From: Eledone cirrhosa
Taxonomy: Eukaryota
Reading direction: 5' to 3'
Assembly: GCA_964016885.1 (NCBI GenBank)
Contig: OZ024746.1
Span: 101,990,001-102,054,000 of the forward strand
DNA: 64,000 nucleotides
Position 1 is the first letter of the stretch, and each line of letters begins with the position of its first letter. A model generated the notes under the pieces. The model was given only the letters and a program-made list of their open reading frames with translations, had not been told where the DNA came from and made no database searches. Below, in pieces: positions 37,233 through 51,099 of the stretch. Made by a program: the position numbers and the translations under genes.

Positions 37233-38380
37233 AAACCTGCATGCTTAGGATGGAAGACAATTTCTCTGCCAAGTCAGCTTGATCATTTCTTGAATGTTAA
37301 CTTTACAAAGATCACCTACTTTGAAAAATTCTTTAATTTAATTAGTCATCTTTGCAGGCTCAGAAAGTACTTTTTTTTTTTAATATACCTGTTAGCCTTT
37401 TACTATTTACATTACTCTATACATACCATTGTATTTTTGTGGTAAAGGCTTTACCTCACATAATATCGAATCTATGAGATTTTGATATTTATTTTGAGAA
37501 CAAATCCTTCACATTAGTATGAGTGGTTAGTTACAGCCGGTTTGAACAGAAAGAGGTGAGAGAATTCTAGCCGGATACAGAATTTTTAAACCAAGTTTTT
37601 GTATGAGAGGCAGTAAGGAGTTATTAAGTAGTATTACCAACTCAGTTGTTTATGCTGTAGGGGAGTAGACTCTGGCAAATTAACTTGTCCTCAATAGGAT
37701 AAACAAGAAATTATTTATCCTTGTGTCAACTGATGGTGTAGACTTAGGATCCGATATTCCAGCCATGACAAGCCTTTTTTTAAAGGTATAATGTATCAAG
37801 AAGTAAAATATCTTAAAGAGATACATTTCTTATTCTGTCAATAGAGTGCAGTTAGATTTGGCTGCTATTTCTAGCAGATCAAGCAACTATATAGAGGTTC
37901 ATTGACTACAAGGGTTATGGTGTATTTCAGTTTACACCAATACAAACTCATCCATCCTACTCCAGCCCAGCCTGTACTAATCACTATTCACAACTCCCCA
38001 GATCATCAACTTCCCCTACAAACATTAACTACAATACCTGCACCAGTCACAGATGGTAAAAATCGTAACCTTCCTTTTTCACTAAACTTTTAAACATTAA
38101 AAAATAGTTAATAAAAGAAAACATAGCAATTGAACTGCTTAATAATAATGTGCAACATTTAAATCCTTAAGTTCTTAAGTTGTCCAATTTCATACCACTG
38201 TTATGATAGGGCCCCAGCCCTTATTAAAACACTGAGATGCTAAAAACACTAAAATTGATAATAATTAAGGTTTTTCATGTTTCCAACTAATCCAACCTGC
38301 ATTATTGCATGTCTGTCTGTGTGTCTTATATTGTTTGTGTATGTCTGTGAATTATTTTGTTTGTGTGTGTATATATATAT

Positions 38381-39030
38381 TGGGCATGTGATGCGTATGA
38401 AGGATGACAGCTGTATAAAAAGTTGCAGAGCGCTCAAAGTTGATGGTATCCATGGAGTAGGTAGGCCTAGGAAGACTTGGAATGAGGTAATAAGAACTGA
38501 CTTTACTCAATTACACCTCACTAAGGCGATGACAGAGGACTGTGACCTTTGGGGCTATGAAGTATTACAGAAGACCCGTCCTCTATTATTCTCGGGCTGA
38601 GGCATATATCTAGTAGGCAACACCATTCCCTAACATCTCCCCTCCCTTATATCTACGTCCCCAATTTCCCAAAGCATCTTCCCCACCCCTCCTAAGTTCC
38701 AGCCTCCTCTATAAAGTGATCGCCCCTGGAACCACGACAAAAGAGTTTAGTCCACATTATAGTGGTCATGTAGGTGCCATGACAAAAACGAGCATCCAGC
38801 CCACACTATAGTGGTCATGTAGGTGTCATGACTAAAGGGAGCACCCAGCCCACACTGTAAAGTGGTTGTGTAGGTGGTTGGCATTAAGAAGGGCATCCAG
38901 CTGTAGAAACCAAGCCAAAATCAGTTCTGTGTGAGTGAATTCACGGTCCCCAGACCTGATCCTTCACAAAGGGACAGCCTGTCCTACCCATGCTAGCGTG
39001 GAAGATGGACATTAAACGATGACGATGGTG
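38381..39030 (+). mobile_element. RTE family 1 3' end
   Basis: GHVMRMKDDSCIKSCRALKVDG...GRPRKTW, three tail modules and the AAGGGCATCCAGC motif. Confidence 0.9.
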
Positions 39031-39339
39031 CGGTCTTGACTAGATTTAATTAACAGCAGCACTAACGTAGCATCACACAGAATAAAGTTCCAAACAATAT
39101 TTTTCAAATCTCTTAAATGCACCACCAGTTATATCAAGTAGAGAAGTCTCCCCATTGAACATGATCTCAACACTGAGGCTATTAAAGGCCCTGGGTCAGT
39201 GACTGTCAATATGCAGCCACACTATCAGCATGTTGAAGAATGGATTTGAAAGCAATCAAAAACAACTTGACACTCAGGCCTCCACAGCTAAAGATGTTTC
39301 TGTTAATCAACATAGATAAAACAATCCTATATACTGACA

Positions 39340-39951
39340 CAACCTTGAATTGAAGGACACAGTCACCATACTTCTGAGAAACTTGGATCAGCCAAGATTG
39401 TGAAATGGAACACGTATGCTTGTGACTGGACTACACCCTCACAGGATGTGGTAAGGGAGACATTTATACCTAGAATATCGCTAATACCAACAGATGTCCA
39501 CCTTTTATTTCAAATGATTGCAGTTTCTAGTGAGAGTCAGTTACACAATGACTATCAACAAGTCCCAAGGTAAAACACTGCAGGCTGTTGGTCTCCATCT
39601 AGAGGAGGGATGTTTCTCACATGGTCAATTGTATGTAGATTATTCCAGACTAGGAAAGCCCAACAAACTTTTCATACATGCTCCAAAGAAAAAAGTTATA
39701 AATATTGTAAATAGTGAAGTTCTGTAAATGTTTTAGAATTTCCACCGTAGAATACATTTTTCTATTATTTTCTTTATTACCTTCTGTATTTGGATATTCT
39801 AAATAAATTTTAAAAATTGTTATTCAATATTTCAATACCTTTTAACATCTTTTATTCTAAGGAAAATGGACATTATGACAGATGACTATAGGTGAATAGA
39901 CTTATGATTTGAACACAGTAGAGACCTGGGCAAAGGCCGGGAGTCCGCTAG
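39340..39951 (+). mobile_element. Helitron 3' fragment (PIF1 helicase C-terminus + terminal hairpin/CTAG)
   Basis: ILLRNLDQPRL*NGTR and MTINKSQGKTL..VGLHL...FSHGQLYV..SR. CCTGGGCAAAGGCCGGG hairpin followed by CTAG|T at 39948-39952. Confidence 0.9.
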
Positions 39952-41363
39952 TATATATAGTGATGATAAAAAAAATACCAGCAAGTTTAACTGTAAAGGC
40001 TTTCTTAAGAACCAGGAATTTGGAACTAGGTCATTTATTTCTTGTTTTTTTTACTAACATTTTGTTTAAAAAGAAATTATAGAACTGCTATAGGTAGAAC
40101 ATATGAAATTTAAGATCAAAGTTTATCAAAACAATACTGAAATTAAAGAGGAAGGCATTTCAGAGGACAATTTGGAAGAGAAAGAGAAGTATAGCTAATA
40201 ACTGGAGATACATGAAGATATTAAAATATGAAACCAATAACTGAGATATAAGTACTGAGATCTTATAGTAATCTAGTTGTTGATAGGCTCAAGGAAATGG
40301 TGAATATTTTAACCTGTAAATCAATGTTTAAAAGGAAAATACTGTTGTTTTTTAAGGTTTTGAAAATAGTTATTTGAGGATGAACATGTAAAATGTTTAC
40401 ATTGCCTTAAAGATAAATTAGGATATTAGATTTAACTAATTTGGTAAATTAGAAGTTATGGCCAAAAAGAGAAAAATACTTGTTAGTATTTTAACCATTG
40501 AAAACAAACAAAAACATTTAAACAACTTATTAAACAACAAGAACCACAAAAACAATTAATGAAGAAATTATTACTTTAATATTTTTTTAGCATCAAAAGC
40601 AACTTGGTCATAACATCCAGATTTTCTGAGATATACCATAAAGAAGGGACCAAAAGAAAGTTGAATGGCTAATAAAAATAAAAATATTAATAACAATGTT
40701 AATGTCAGCTAGAAAGGTGTTAAAGTAAGCCAGAATATATAAAATTATTGAAGATCTTAGAAATTTGCAAGAGAAGATTGGCACAATTTGCATTATTTAC
40801 AAAGAGTAGCATTAAACTTTATATTTATGTATGTGTGTGTATGTGTATGTGTATATATATATATATATATATATACACATACATACATACATATATATAT
40901 ACACACACACACATATATATCTATTTAAATTAAAACTATTTTCAAAGCACAAACTGCTTCAAAAATAGACAAGGCCAAGCTGGGTTCAATCACTTTAAAG
41001 AGGTCATATCTAAGAAGAGACAGAAAAAAAACCTACAAAGGATTCTAAAATGAAATGGACAAAGCCAGTGGCTTATTTTGATTCAAACCAATTTCTTTAT
41101 TCATGAATTTGCTGTACACGAGCAACAATCCCTCATTCCCTTTGATTCTCAAACCCATTTTTTTTAAACTTGACTAATCAAAAGTCAAGGAAGTCATGCA
41201 ACCTGTCATTGAATTCTATATTTGTGTCAAATGTTGGCAGGTTTTAATTACACTCATATTGGAGGCAGCTGCTGCTGGGTTTTAAAAATCTTATTACTTC
41301 TCAATGCAGGCCTTCCAGGCATGCATTGTTTTTAATGAATTTATGGTATTGGTTTAATCTCAT

Positions 41364-41638
<275 letters not shown>

Positions 41639-41811
41639 CGTCATGTGTAAATGTGTGCATGATTATGTAAAATGTGTGCAATTGAAGGCACACATGGTTT
41701 GAAAACCATACAAATTTCAATGTTGATGTTCTGATTCCAAAGTTTCAATTTATTTTACCTATTTCTTTATGAAAATTTGCCAGCCTAAATTACAATTAAT
41801 ATATACACATA

Positions 41812-41866
<55 letters not shown>

Positions 41867-41881
41867 ATGTGCGTGTATATG

Positions 41882-41940
<59 letters not shown>

Positions 41941-42249
41941 ATAAAGGATTTAGAACAAACTTGCTCACTTTCAAATGGGGCATTTATTTTCATTTCCGAG
42001 AGAAAGAAATAATAAAATTATTAATAGTAAATACAGTTGTCAATGAATGTGTTCAGTAAATAACTAGAAACTTATAGGAAGTTGATGTTTAAGTATTGCA
42101 AGATATGTTTGTACAAAAATCAGAATTGTTGAGGCCAAGGGTTACATGGGATGTTGTAGCATTTATTAGTTTTAGTGTTCACTTTAAAGTTAGGAAAACT
42201 TCAGAAATATTTTAGGACAAATTTTTGTTTAAAGAAAGATTGTATCTGA

Positions 42250-42296
42250 TGTGTATATACATATACATTCACACATGTAGTTGTGTGTGTGTATAT

Positions 42297-42327
<31 letters not shown>

Positions 42328-42342
42328 GTAGTTGTGTGTGCG

Positions 42343-42385
<43 letters not shown>

Positions 42386-42535
42386 TGTAGTTGTGTGTGT
42401 GTATTATATATATATATATATACATATACATTTACACACACATGTAATTGTGTGTGTGTGTGTGTGTATTATATATATATATATATATACATATACATTC
42501 ACACACACATGTGTGTGTGTGTGTGTGTGTGTGTG

Positions 42536-42587
<52 letters not shown>

Positions 42588-42640
42588 TCACACACACAGG
42601 TAGTTGTGTGTGTGTATTATATATATATACACATGCATAC
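42250..42640. repeat. Compound (TA)n-(CA)n-TGTAGT-(TG)n minisatellite, ~6 units
   Basis: Repeated ACACACATGTAGTTGTGTGTGT(A)TTA(TA)n units. Confidence 0.85.
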
Positions 42641-43085
42641 ATAGAATTTTTTTTAAATGTAGGGACCTCACTTTCAACCAAAGATTCTGTGCATGGAAAC
42701 AGGATAAAATGTTAAAACAAACTTAACTAATCTCTGAACCAATAATTGCTTGACCACTTTCATATGGCAACAGTTTTCTTTCTATATTATATATATGCAA
42801 AATTCAGTTTTTAATACACACACACTCACACACATATATATATATTACATATACAGGTTGAATGTATATATAATACATGCATACACATTCACACAGATGT
42901 ACATTTATATAACACATTTTTACACACAAAGTGTGTGTGTGTGTGTGTGTGTGTGTGTCTGTGTGTCTGTGTGGTTAATGTTTGAGAGGTCAGCAACAGC
43001 AGCAGCAGCTGTCCCTCGGAATGGTCAGAATGGCTCAAACACTAGGCTAAAGCACATCAAACCAAGCCCTTTGTTATTAGGTTCT

Positions 43086-43304
43086 TTAACAGCTACATCC
43101 TTCTCGAGGTTTGTTCTGGTCACTTGTAATCTTAATCTGATCTGGAAATTCATTATACAGCTCCACTTCTGTTTCTTGGGCTAAAGCATTCTTTGCCACT
43201 GTTTGGAAAGCTTGTTCAACATTTATTGCTTCTTTTGCACTAGTTTCAAAATAAGGTATCTCTCCTTTGCTGTGGCACCATCCTTGTGCTCTTTTGGCAG
43301 AAAT
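43086..43304 (-). CDS. RAB7: Rab7 last coding exon ([10 protein letters not shown]...ETSAKEA...REGCSC*)
   Basis: AG acceptor at 43305-43306, G5 ETSAK, C-terminal CSC prenylation motif, TAA at 43086-43088. 219 nt. Confidence 0.96.
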   Translation of the reverse strand: MSAKRAQGWCHSKGEIPYFETSAKEAINVEQAFQTVAKNALAQETEVELYNEFPDQIKITSDQNKPREGCSC

Positions 43305-44684
43305 CTGTCAAAATAAAATAAAAATTATGATGATTTATTTTTTAAACATAGTAAAAAAAAAATATAAGAAAATATAAACATTAGAAAATATTGCTTTAAG
43401 TAAAATAATGTAATAATAATGGGGGCATATAAACCTACTGAACAGAAAAGGATGGGTCGAACCCACACCCCTTGTTTGCCACCATTTACGTCAATGAACC
43501 CACCAAACTCCTCCTGTTATTTTGGTGAAGGGGCTTGCATGTTGTGTAGATCCAAGAGAGTGTTACCATCTGGAGTTTTGCTTCTGTAGAGCCACCCTTG
43601 ATAGGTCAGTCACCCAGCGAGGTTCCAGTCCAACAGTGACCCACAGTGTATCAGCTTGTCACTAAGATGGCAATCACATCATCTAACTATTCTGCAGAGA
43701 GCCAACAACCTGCACAGGAGAATCCTCAACTTGTTACAACACCAAATAGAATAACTTAATAGCATTAGGTAAACAAAGAAAGACCATATGTTTAAAAGTG
43801 GAATTTAGAAATTGAATTTGAAGATTTCTCCATAACTTTGAGTACATAAAATAGTCTAATAATGGGACATATAAACCCACTGAATAGAAAAAGATGGACA
43901 TCGGCAGATACTTTCATAGTTAAACATATATCCATAGTAGATATTTCACATCATGTGTTTAAAATGTTTTATTTATAATTCAAACATTTTTATAATTATT
44001 TTTAATAAAAACAAATCTCAATAAAATAGAGGTTATTGAAATTTCAGTTGACACTATGTTGAACACTGACCAGGTGAACAAATATGAACAAATATAAGTT
44101 TGTTGAAGATGTCTGACTGAAGATATTGTTTGTCATTTAATACCAGTTTTCCATGCTAGCAAAAGTTGGAGAGGTTGTCAACAGAGTCAGTCCTCAAATG
44201 GAGCCACTGTTCTCTCAGATGGGACCAGGGTCTGAATCTTTACTGAGTGCTCAGACAGACATCTAACTTGTATATGATCCCACACTCTACCAAGTACATT
44301 TTATTATGGCATGGCACCAGCTCTAGACCGGTTGTTGTGTGTTTAACACAGCTACAGTGTCTACCCAGCCCTTAGTTTAGCAAGTCTTTATGGTTGGATA
44401 GCGTTCCTATCCCCAACCACTTTATAGAATGTACTAGTTGTATTTATCATGAAGGTCATTAACACCAGAGTGGTTGTACTGTCTTATGCTGTACTGCATA
44501 TTTGATGTGATCAAACAATATTGATCTTTGATCACATCACACCATCTCCCAGTATTGATATATGAAGTTATCAGAAATCAGGTGACACTAATAGAATGTT
44601 GTTGTAAAACAATATGTGGCTGTATAATTGTGATTAACAAGTCTGCTAAGAGTTTCACATCAATGATAAAACGTTATTACTTAC

Positions 44685-44903
44685 CGCTCTGTTCTCTAAA
44701 TCAATTTTGTTTCCTATGACAACAAAAGGAAAATGCTCAGGGTCTCGAGGGCTAGCTTGTATGAGGAATTCATCCCTCCAACTGTCCAAAGATTTGAAAG
44801 TAACTTGTGCTGTTACATCAAATACCAGCACACAGCAGTCTGCTCCTCGATAGAAAGCAACCCCAAGACTTTGAAAACGTTCTTGACCAGCTGTATCCCA
44901 TAT
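44685..44903 (-). CDS. RAB7: Rab7 internal coding exon ([14 protein letters not shown]...[10 protein letters not shown])
   Basis: AG/GTAAGT boundaries, G3 WDTAGQE and G4 GNKID. 219 nt, phase 0-0. Confidence 0.97.
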
Positions 44904-45989
44904 CTGAAATAAAATATTAGAAATTATAGATAAAACAATAATACAGTGGAACCTTGGTTCAGGAACGGTATCTTGAGTAACAAACACACAAGACAGCAAC
45001 AACAGTTGGCAACAAGCTGGGAGTAGTGGCAGGAAACATCACTTGCTGTGTAGTTAGTTACTATGATGATATCTGTCTTTCACACACACAGTCTGTCTCA
45101 CCATTTCGTATAGGTAAAATGGTTTCAGTTTCAGAACATTTGAGGTGATGAACGGCCTTCTGGAACAAATTATGTTCGTAAACTGAGATTCCACTGTATA
45201 AACATAATTACTATTTTTTAGTATTAATTGTAGGTTTCCAATATTAGAGACTTGACTGAAATTATGTCATTTAAGTCCCTCAATTGCATTATTCAAATAA
45301 TTTTGACAAACAAACAAAAAATGCATACTTCTGTAAAATGGGACCGTTTTTTTTTTTAAGTTTCAGGAGACAGCAAGAAAACAACATATTTTCAGATCCT
45401 CGGAACAAATTTCTAAGCAGTATCGGTTAACCGACATTGAATAGACTTCATGCATGAAACATGGATATATAATCTCACGCTTTTTTGGTGCACAGAAAGA
45501 CTAATGTTTTTTTACATTTGTTTAAATTTTCACAGCAAGGTTTATAAACTGTAGTTATAACCACTTCAAATTTATCTTAAATATCTGAAATCATTGTTAA
45601 AGCCATTTACCATGCTTCCTTACACACACACACACAAGAAGGGAAAATGGGAGAGAAATGAGCTTTTAAATTTGTATGTATCTTTGAATAAAATTTACTT
45701 AGTTTGGAAACTTATTATTTCAACTAAATTATTATGTTGAAAATTAAGTATTTTTTTTATTATATCAAAGTCAAAAATATAATTTTAATAAAATAAAAGC
45801 AGCAGCTAATGCGGTTGAGAATAAAACCAAATATTTTTGATTATTTTAAAGTTAGAAAAGTACATTTCAATTGCTTTTAATTGAATTGTTGCAGAATTTA
45901 AGTATATTTTGTGTTAAAATCAAATCCTGCCACTGTCAACTATGACAATAGAAACTCTACATAGGTGCAATAATAACAGTGAAGTTGGG

Positions 45990-46140
45990 GACTTTGAGAA
46001 TCTTAACAGACAAAATGTTTTGCTGTATTTAGTTGTAGCCTTTTATGTTTCAAGTTCAAATCCAGCAGAAGTCAACTTCGACAATTCACCCAAGATCAGT
46101 AAATAAGTAGCAGTGAAATACGGGGTTCTATATAATTGAC
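45990..46140 (+). mobile_element. Degenerate Meta-like SINE
   Basis: AAGTTCAAATCCAGCAGAAGTCAACTT and TAAATAAGTAGCAGT. Confidence 0.45.
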
Positions 46141-46349
46141 TACATGTGGTGCTGGCTATTCAGTTATGACACACCTACAAACACTATATCTAAAAGGAAG
46201 TGACATCCCATTGGCATTAAGCTATCTAGATATCATCATAACATCCATTTTCCCTGTTAGTGTCATTGCCACACACTACAGAGGGCACAAATTGTATCAT
46301 GACACCAACATTAACAAGTTTGTCATGATTGAGGTAAAACAAGATTGAC

Positions 46350-46825
46350 ATACTATATATACCTTTGACAGTGTAGTATATATACCTTAGACACTGTAGT
46401 ATATATATAAACCTTAGACACTGTAGTATATATATACCTTAGACACTGTAGTATATATATACCTTAGACACTGTAGTATATATATACCTTAGACACTGTA
46501 GTATATATATACCTTAGACACTGTAGTATATATATACCTTAGACACTGTAGTATATATATACCTTAGACACTGTAGTATATATATACCTTAGACACTGTA
46601 GTATATATATACCTTAGACACTGTAGTATATATATACCTTAGACACTGTAGTATATATACCTTAGACACTGTAGTATATATACCTTAGACACTGTAGTAT
46701 ATATACCTTAGACACTGTAGTATATATACCTTAGACACTGCTATATAAACCTTAGACACTGTAGTATATAAACCTTAGACACTGTAGTATATAAACCTTA
46801 GACACTGTCGTATATATTCCTTAGA
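46350..46825. repeat. 23-25-bp minisatellite (TA)nCCTTAGACACTGTAG, ~19 copies
   Basis: Direct reading. Unit length steps from 25 to 23 bp along the array. Confidence 0.95.
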
Positions 46826-47020
46826 CGAGTTGTCCTGTTGTGAGACAAGCTAGGTCAGATGACCATGTCTTGTTCATCTAGAACTGACTTTGGATTCATT
46901 TCTACAGCTGGATGCCCTTCTTAACACCAACCACATTTACAGTGTAGACTGGGTGGTTTTTGTCATGACACGACCACTTTACAGTGTAGACTGAGTGGTT
47001 TTTGTCGTGTCGCCATAGAT
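46822..47020 (-). mobile_element. RTE/SINE 3' tail
   Basis: Reverse of GTTGGTGTTAAGAAGGGCATCCAGCTGTAGAA with two modules. Confidence 0.75.
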
Positions 47021-47596
47021 TCTTGGATTTTGAGGCACAATGATAGATTTAGGAGATGGGTTGCTGATCACATATTCAAATTTTAATATCTTTTTTTTTT
47101 TTACTGTATTCAGGGAGGAAAAGGCAGTGCCCATGACTCTTGGCTTGAATGCTACAACTGAGTGGTCACTGCTAAAAAGACACCCAAGTACCAGGTGATG
47201 GTGTTAAACTGGGTGACAGATTAAGTCCAAAGCATCTTGTTTGATGTTCTAATAATTCACCGCCCTATACTGGCCTTTGCAAGGAACCCAACAACTTGCT
47301 CCTCACTAAACAAAAACTAAAAGGTCCACTCACATTTCATGTTTGAATAATATCTCAAATGCAAGAAATGATTTCTAATTTAAGAAGAAGACCAACAATT
47401 TTTAGGGAGAGGAAGCCAACCCTAATATTAACTGGTACTTTATTTTATTGACCTCAGAAAGTAAAGAGCTGGAACAAATACTGCTAAACATTTGCCCAAT
47501 GCTGTAATGCAACTGCTAATCCACCATCCTCAAATTAGCTAATCACTTCAGCCAAGATATGTTTGTCCTTTCTTAATAATAGCAGCCAAGTTTTTA

Positions 47597-47908
<312 letters not shown>

Positions 47909-47971
47909 TTAACTCTTTTGAATTGTTTTATGTATAACAATAATTTTGTACAAAATTTCAAACTTTCTTTA

Positions 47972-50602
47972 AGATATTAAACTGACCCGACAACCATAAG
48001 ATATCAAACTGACACGACAACCATAGGATATCAAACCGGCACGACAGCCATAGGATATCAAACCGGCACGACAGCCTTAGGATATCAAACCGGCACGACA
48101 GCCTTAGGATATCAAACCGGCACGACAGCCTTAGGATATCAAACCGGCACGACAGCCTTAGGATATCAAACCGGCACGACAGCCATAGGATATCAAACCG
48201 ACACGACAGCCATAGGATATCAAACCGACACGACAGCCATAGGATATCAAACCGACACGACAGCCATAGGATATCAAACCGACACGACACACATAGGATA
48301 TCAAACCGACACGACAGCCATAGGATATCAAACCGACACGACAGCCATAGGATATCAAACCGACACGACACCCATAGGATATCAAACCGGCACGACACCC
48401 ATAGGATATCAAACTGGCACGACACCCATAGGATATCAAACCGGCACGACACCCATAGGATATCAAACCGGCACGACACCCATAGGATATCAAACCGGCA
48501 CGACACCCATAGGATATCAAACCGGCACGACACCCATAGGATATCAAACCGGCACGACACCCATAGGATATCAAACCGGCACGACACCCATAGGATATCA
48601 AACCGGCACGACACCCATAGGATATCAAACCGGCACGACACCCATAGGATATCAAACCGGCACGACACCCATAGGATATCAAACCGGCACGACACCCATA
48701 GGATATCAAACCGGCACGACACCCATAGGATATCAAACCGGCACGACACCCATAGGATATCAAACCGGCACGACACCCATAGGATATCAAACCGGCACGA
48801 CAGCCTTAGGATATCAAACCGACACGACAGCCTTAGGATATCAAACCGACACGACAGCCTTAGGATATCAAACCGACACGACAGCCTTAGGATATCAAAC
48901 CGGCACGACAGCCATAGGATATCAAACCGACACGACAGCCTTAGGATATCAAACCGGCACGACAGCCTTAGGATATCAAACCGGCACGACAGCCTTAGGA
49001 TATCAAACCGACACGACAGCCTTAGGATATCAAACCGACACGACAGCCTTAGGATATCAAACCGACACGACAGCCTTAGGATATCAAACCGGCACGACAG
49101 CCTTAGGATATCAAACCGACACGACAGCCTTAGGATATCAAACCGACACGACAGCCTTAGGATATCAAACCGACACGACAGCCTTAGGATATCAAACCGA
49201 CACGACAGCCTTAGGATATCAAACCGACACGACAGCCATAGGATATCAAACCGACACGACAGCCATAGGATATCAAACCGACACGACAGCCTTAGGATAT
49301 CAAACCGACACGACAGCCTTAGGATATCAAACCGACACGACACACATAGGATATCAAACCGACACGACAGCCATAGGATATCAAACCGACACGACACACA
49401 TAGGATATCAAACCGGCACGACACCCATAGGATATCAAACCGGCACGACACCCATAGGATATCAAACCGGCACGACACCCATAGGATATCAAACCGGCAC
49501 GACACCCATAGGATATCAAACCGGCACGACACCCATAGGATATCAAACCGGCACGACACCCATAGGATATCAAACCGGCACGACACCCATAGGATATCAA
49601 ACCGGCACGACACCCATAGGATATCAAACCGGCACGACACCCATAGGATATCAAACCGGCACGACACCCATAGGATATCAAACCGGCACGACACCCATAG
49701 GATATCAAACCGGCACGACACCCATAGGATATCAAACCGGCACGACACCCATAGGATATCAAACCGGCACGACACCCATAGGATATCAAACCGGCACGAC
49801 ACCCATAGGATATCAAACCGGCACGACACCCATAGGATATCAAACCGGCACGACACCCATAGGATATCAAACCGGCACGACACCCATAGGATATCAAACC
49901 GGCACGACACCCATAGGATATCAAACCGACACGACAGCCTTAGGATATCAAACCGGCACGACAGCCATAGGATATCAAACCGACACGACAGCCTTAGGAT
50001 ATCAAACCGACACGACAGCCTTAGGATATCAAACCGACACGACAGCCTTAGGATATCAAACCGACACGACAGCCATAGGATATCAAACCGACACGACAGC
50101 CTTAGGATATCAAACCGGCACGACAGCCTTAGGATATCAAACCGACACGACAGCCTTAGGATATCAAACCGACACGACAGCCTTAGGATATCAAACCGAC
50201 ACGACAGCCTTAGGATATCAAACCGACACGACAGCCTTAGGATATCAAACCGGCACGACAGCCATAGGATATCAAACCGACACGACAGCCATAGGATATC
50301 AAACCGACACGACAGCCTTAGGATATCAAACCGACACGACAGCCTTAGGATATCAAACCGGCACGACAGCCTTAGGATATCAAACCGGCACGACAGCCTT
50401 AGGATATCAAACCGACACGACAGCCTTAGGATATCAAACCGACACGACAGCCTTAGGATATCAAACCGGCACGACAGCCTTAGGATATCAAACCGGCACG
50501 ACAGCCTTAGGATATCAAACCGACACGACAGCCTTAGGATATCAAACCGACACGACAACCTGAGGATATCAAACTGACACGACAACCTTAGGATATCAAA
50601 CC
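47972..50602. repeat. 27-bp CpG-rich minisatellite, ~97 copies, intronic
   Basis: Unit GGATATCAAACCG[GA]CACGACA[GC]C[CA][AT]TA. It produces the spurious (LSCRFDILR)n ORF. Confidence 0.98.
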
Positions 50603-50976
50603 AGTATCATCAGGCCAAATCAATATTTCTATTGTTGAACACTTGTCATACTGAAATCAATAGATACTTTATGTACTGAGCATTATTCAAGTGTAAATAC
50701 AGATACCATCATAATTTATAGGCTCCTTAACTATTTTAAAGAAAAATCTTGTTTTTATTTTTCTTATTAGCTCCCACAAAATAAATAATTACATTAAATT
50801 AAATTTACAGCTCTCACCTATTCAAGTTTAGCTGGCCTCCTAAATATCACAGTAGGTTTCTCAGGGGTTTTCAATTATAGAAACCTAGTCCTATCATAAA
50901 AAACAATGTGAAATGAGAGAACACATGCCACCCTTCCAGGACTTAAGACTTTATTATCAAGAATCTAATACCACTA

Positions 50977-51099
50977 ATTATCTTTATAACATCTACTTTG
51001 TAGTTCGCTTCATATGTAATATAGTATGTAGTCTAAACACTAGACTACATACTATATTACATATGAAGAGAACTACAAAGTAGATGTTATGAAGATAAT
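50977..51099. repeat. Near-perfect hairpin: 59-bp arms, 5-nt loop
   Basis: Arms 50977-51035 and 51041-51099, loop AACAC, 2 mismatches. Confidence 0.93.

Noticed and set aside
39518-39727. Host PIF1 helicase gene
   Set aside because: A fragment with stops, followed by a Helitron terminal hairpin and CTAG.
47958-50585. 875-aa (LSCRFDILR)n ORF as a real protein, or the array as a CRISPR
   Set aside because: It is a by-product of a 27-bp stop-free tandem unit, has no ATG start and is intronic. There are no unique spacers or cas genes, and the context is eukaryotic.
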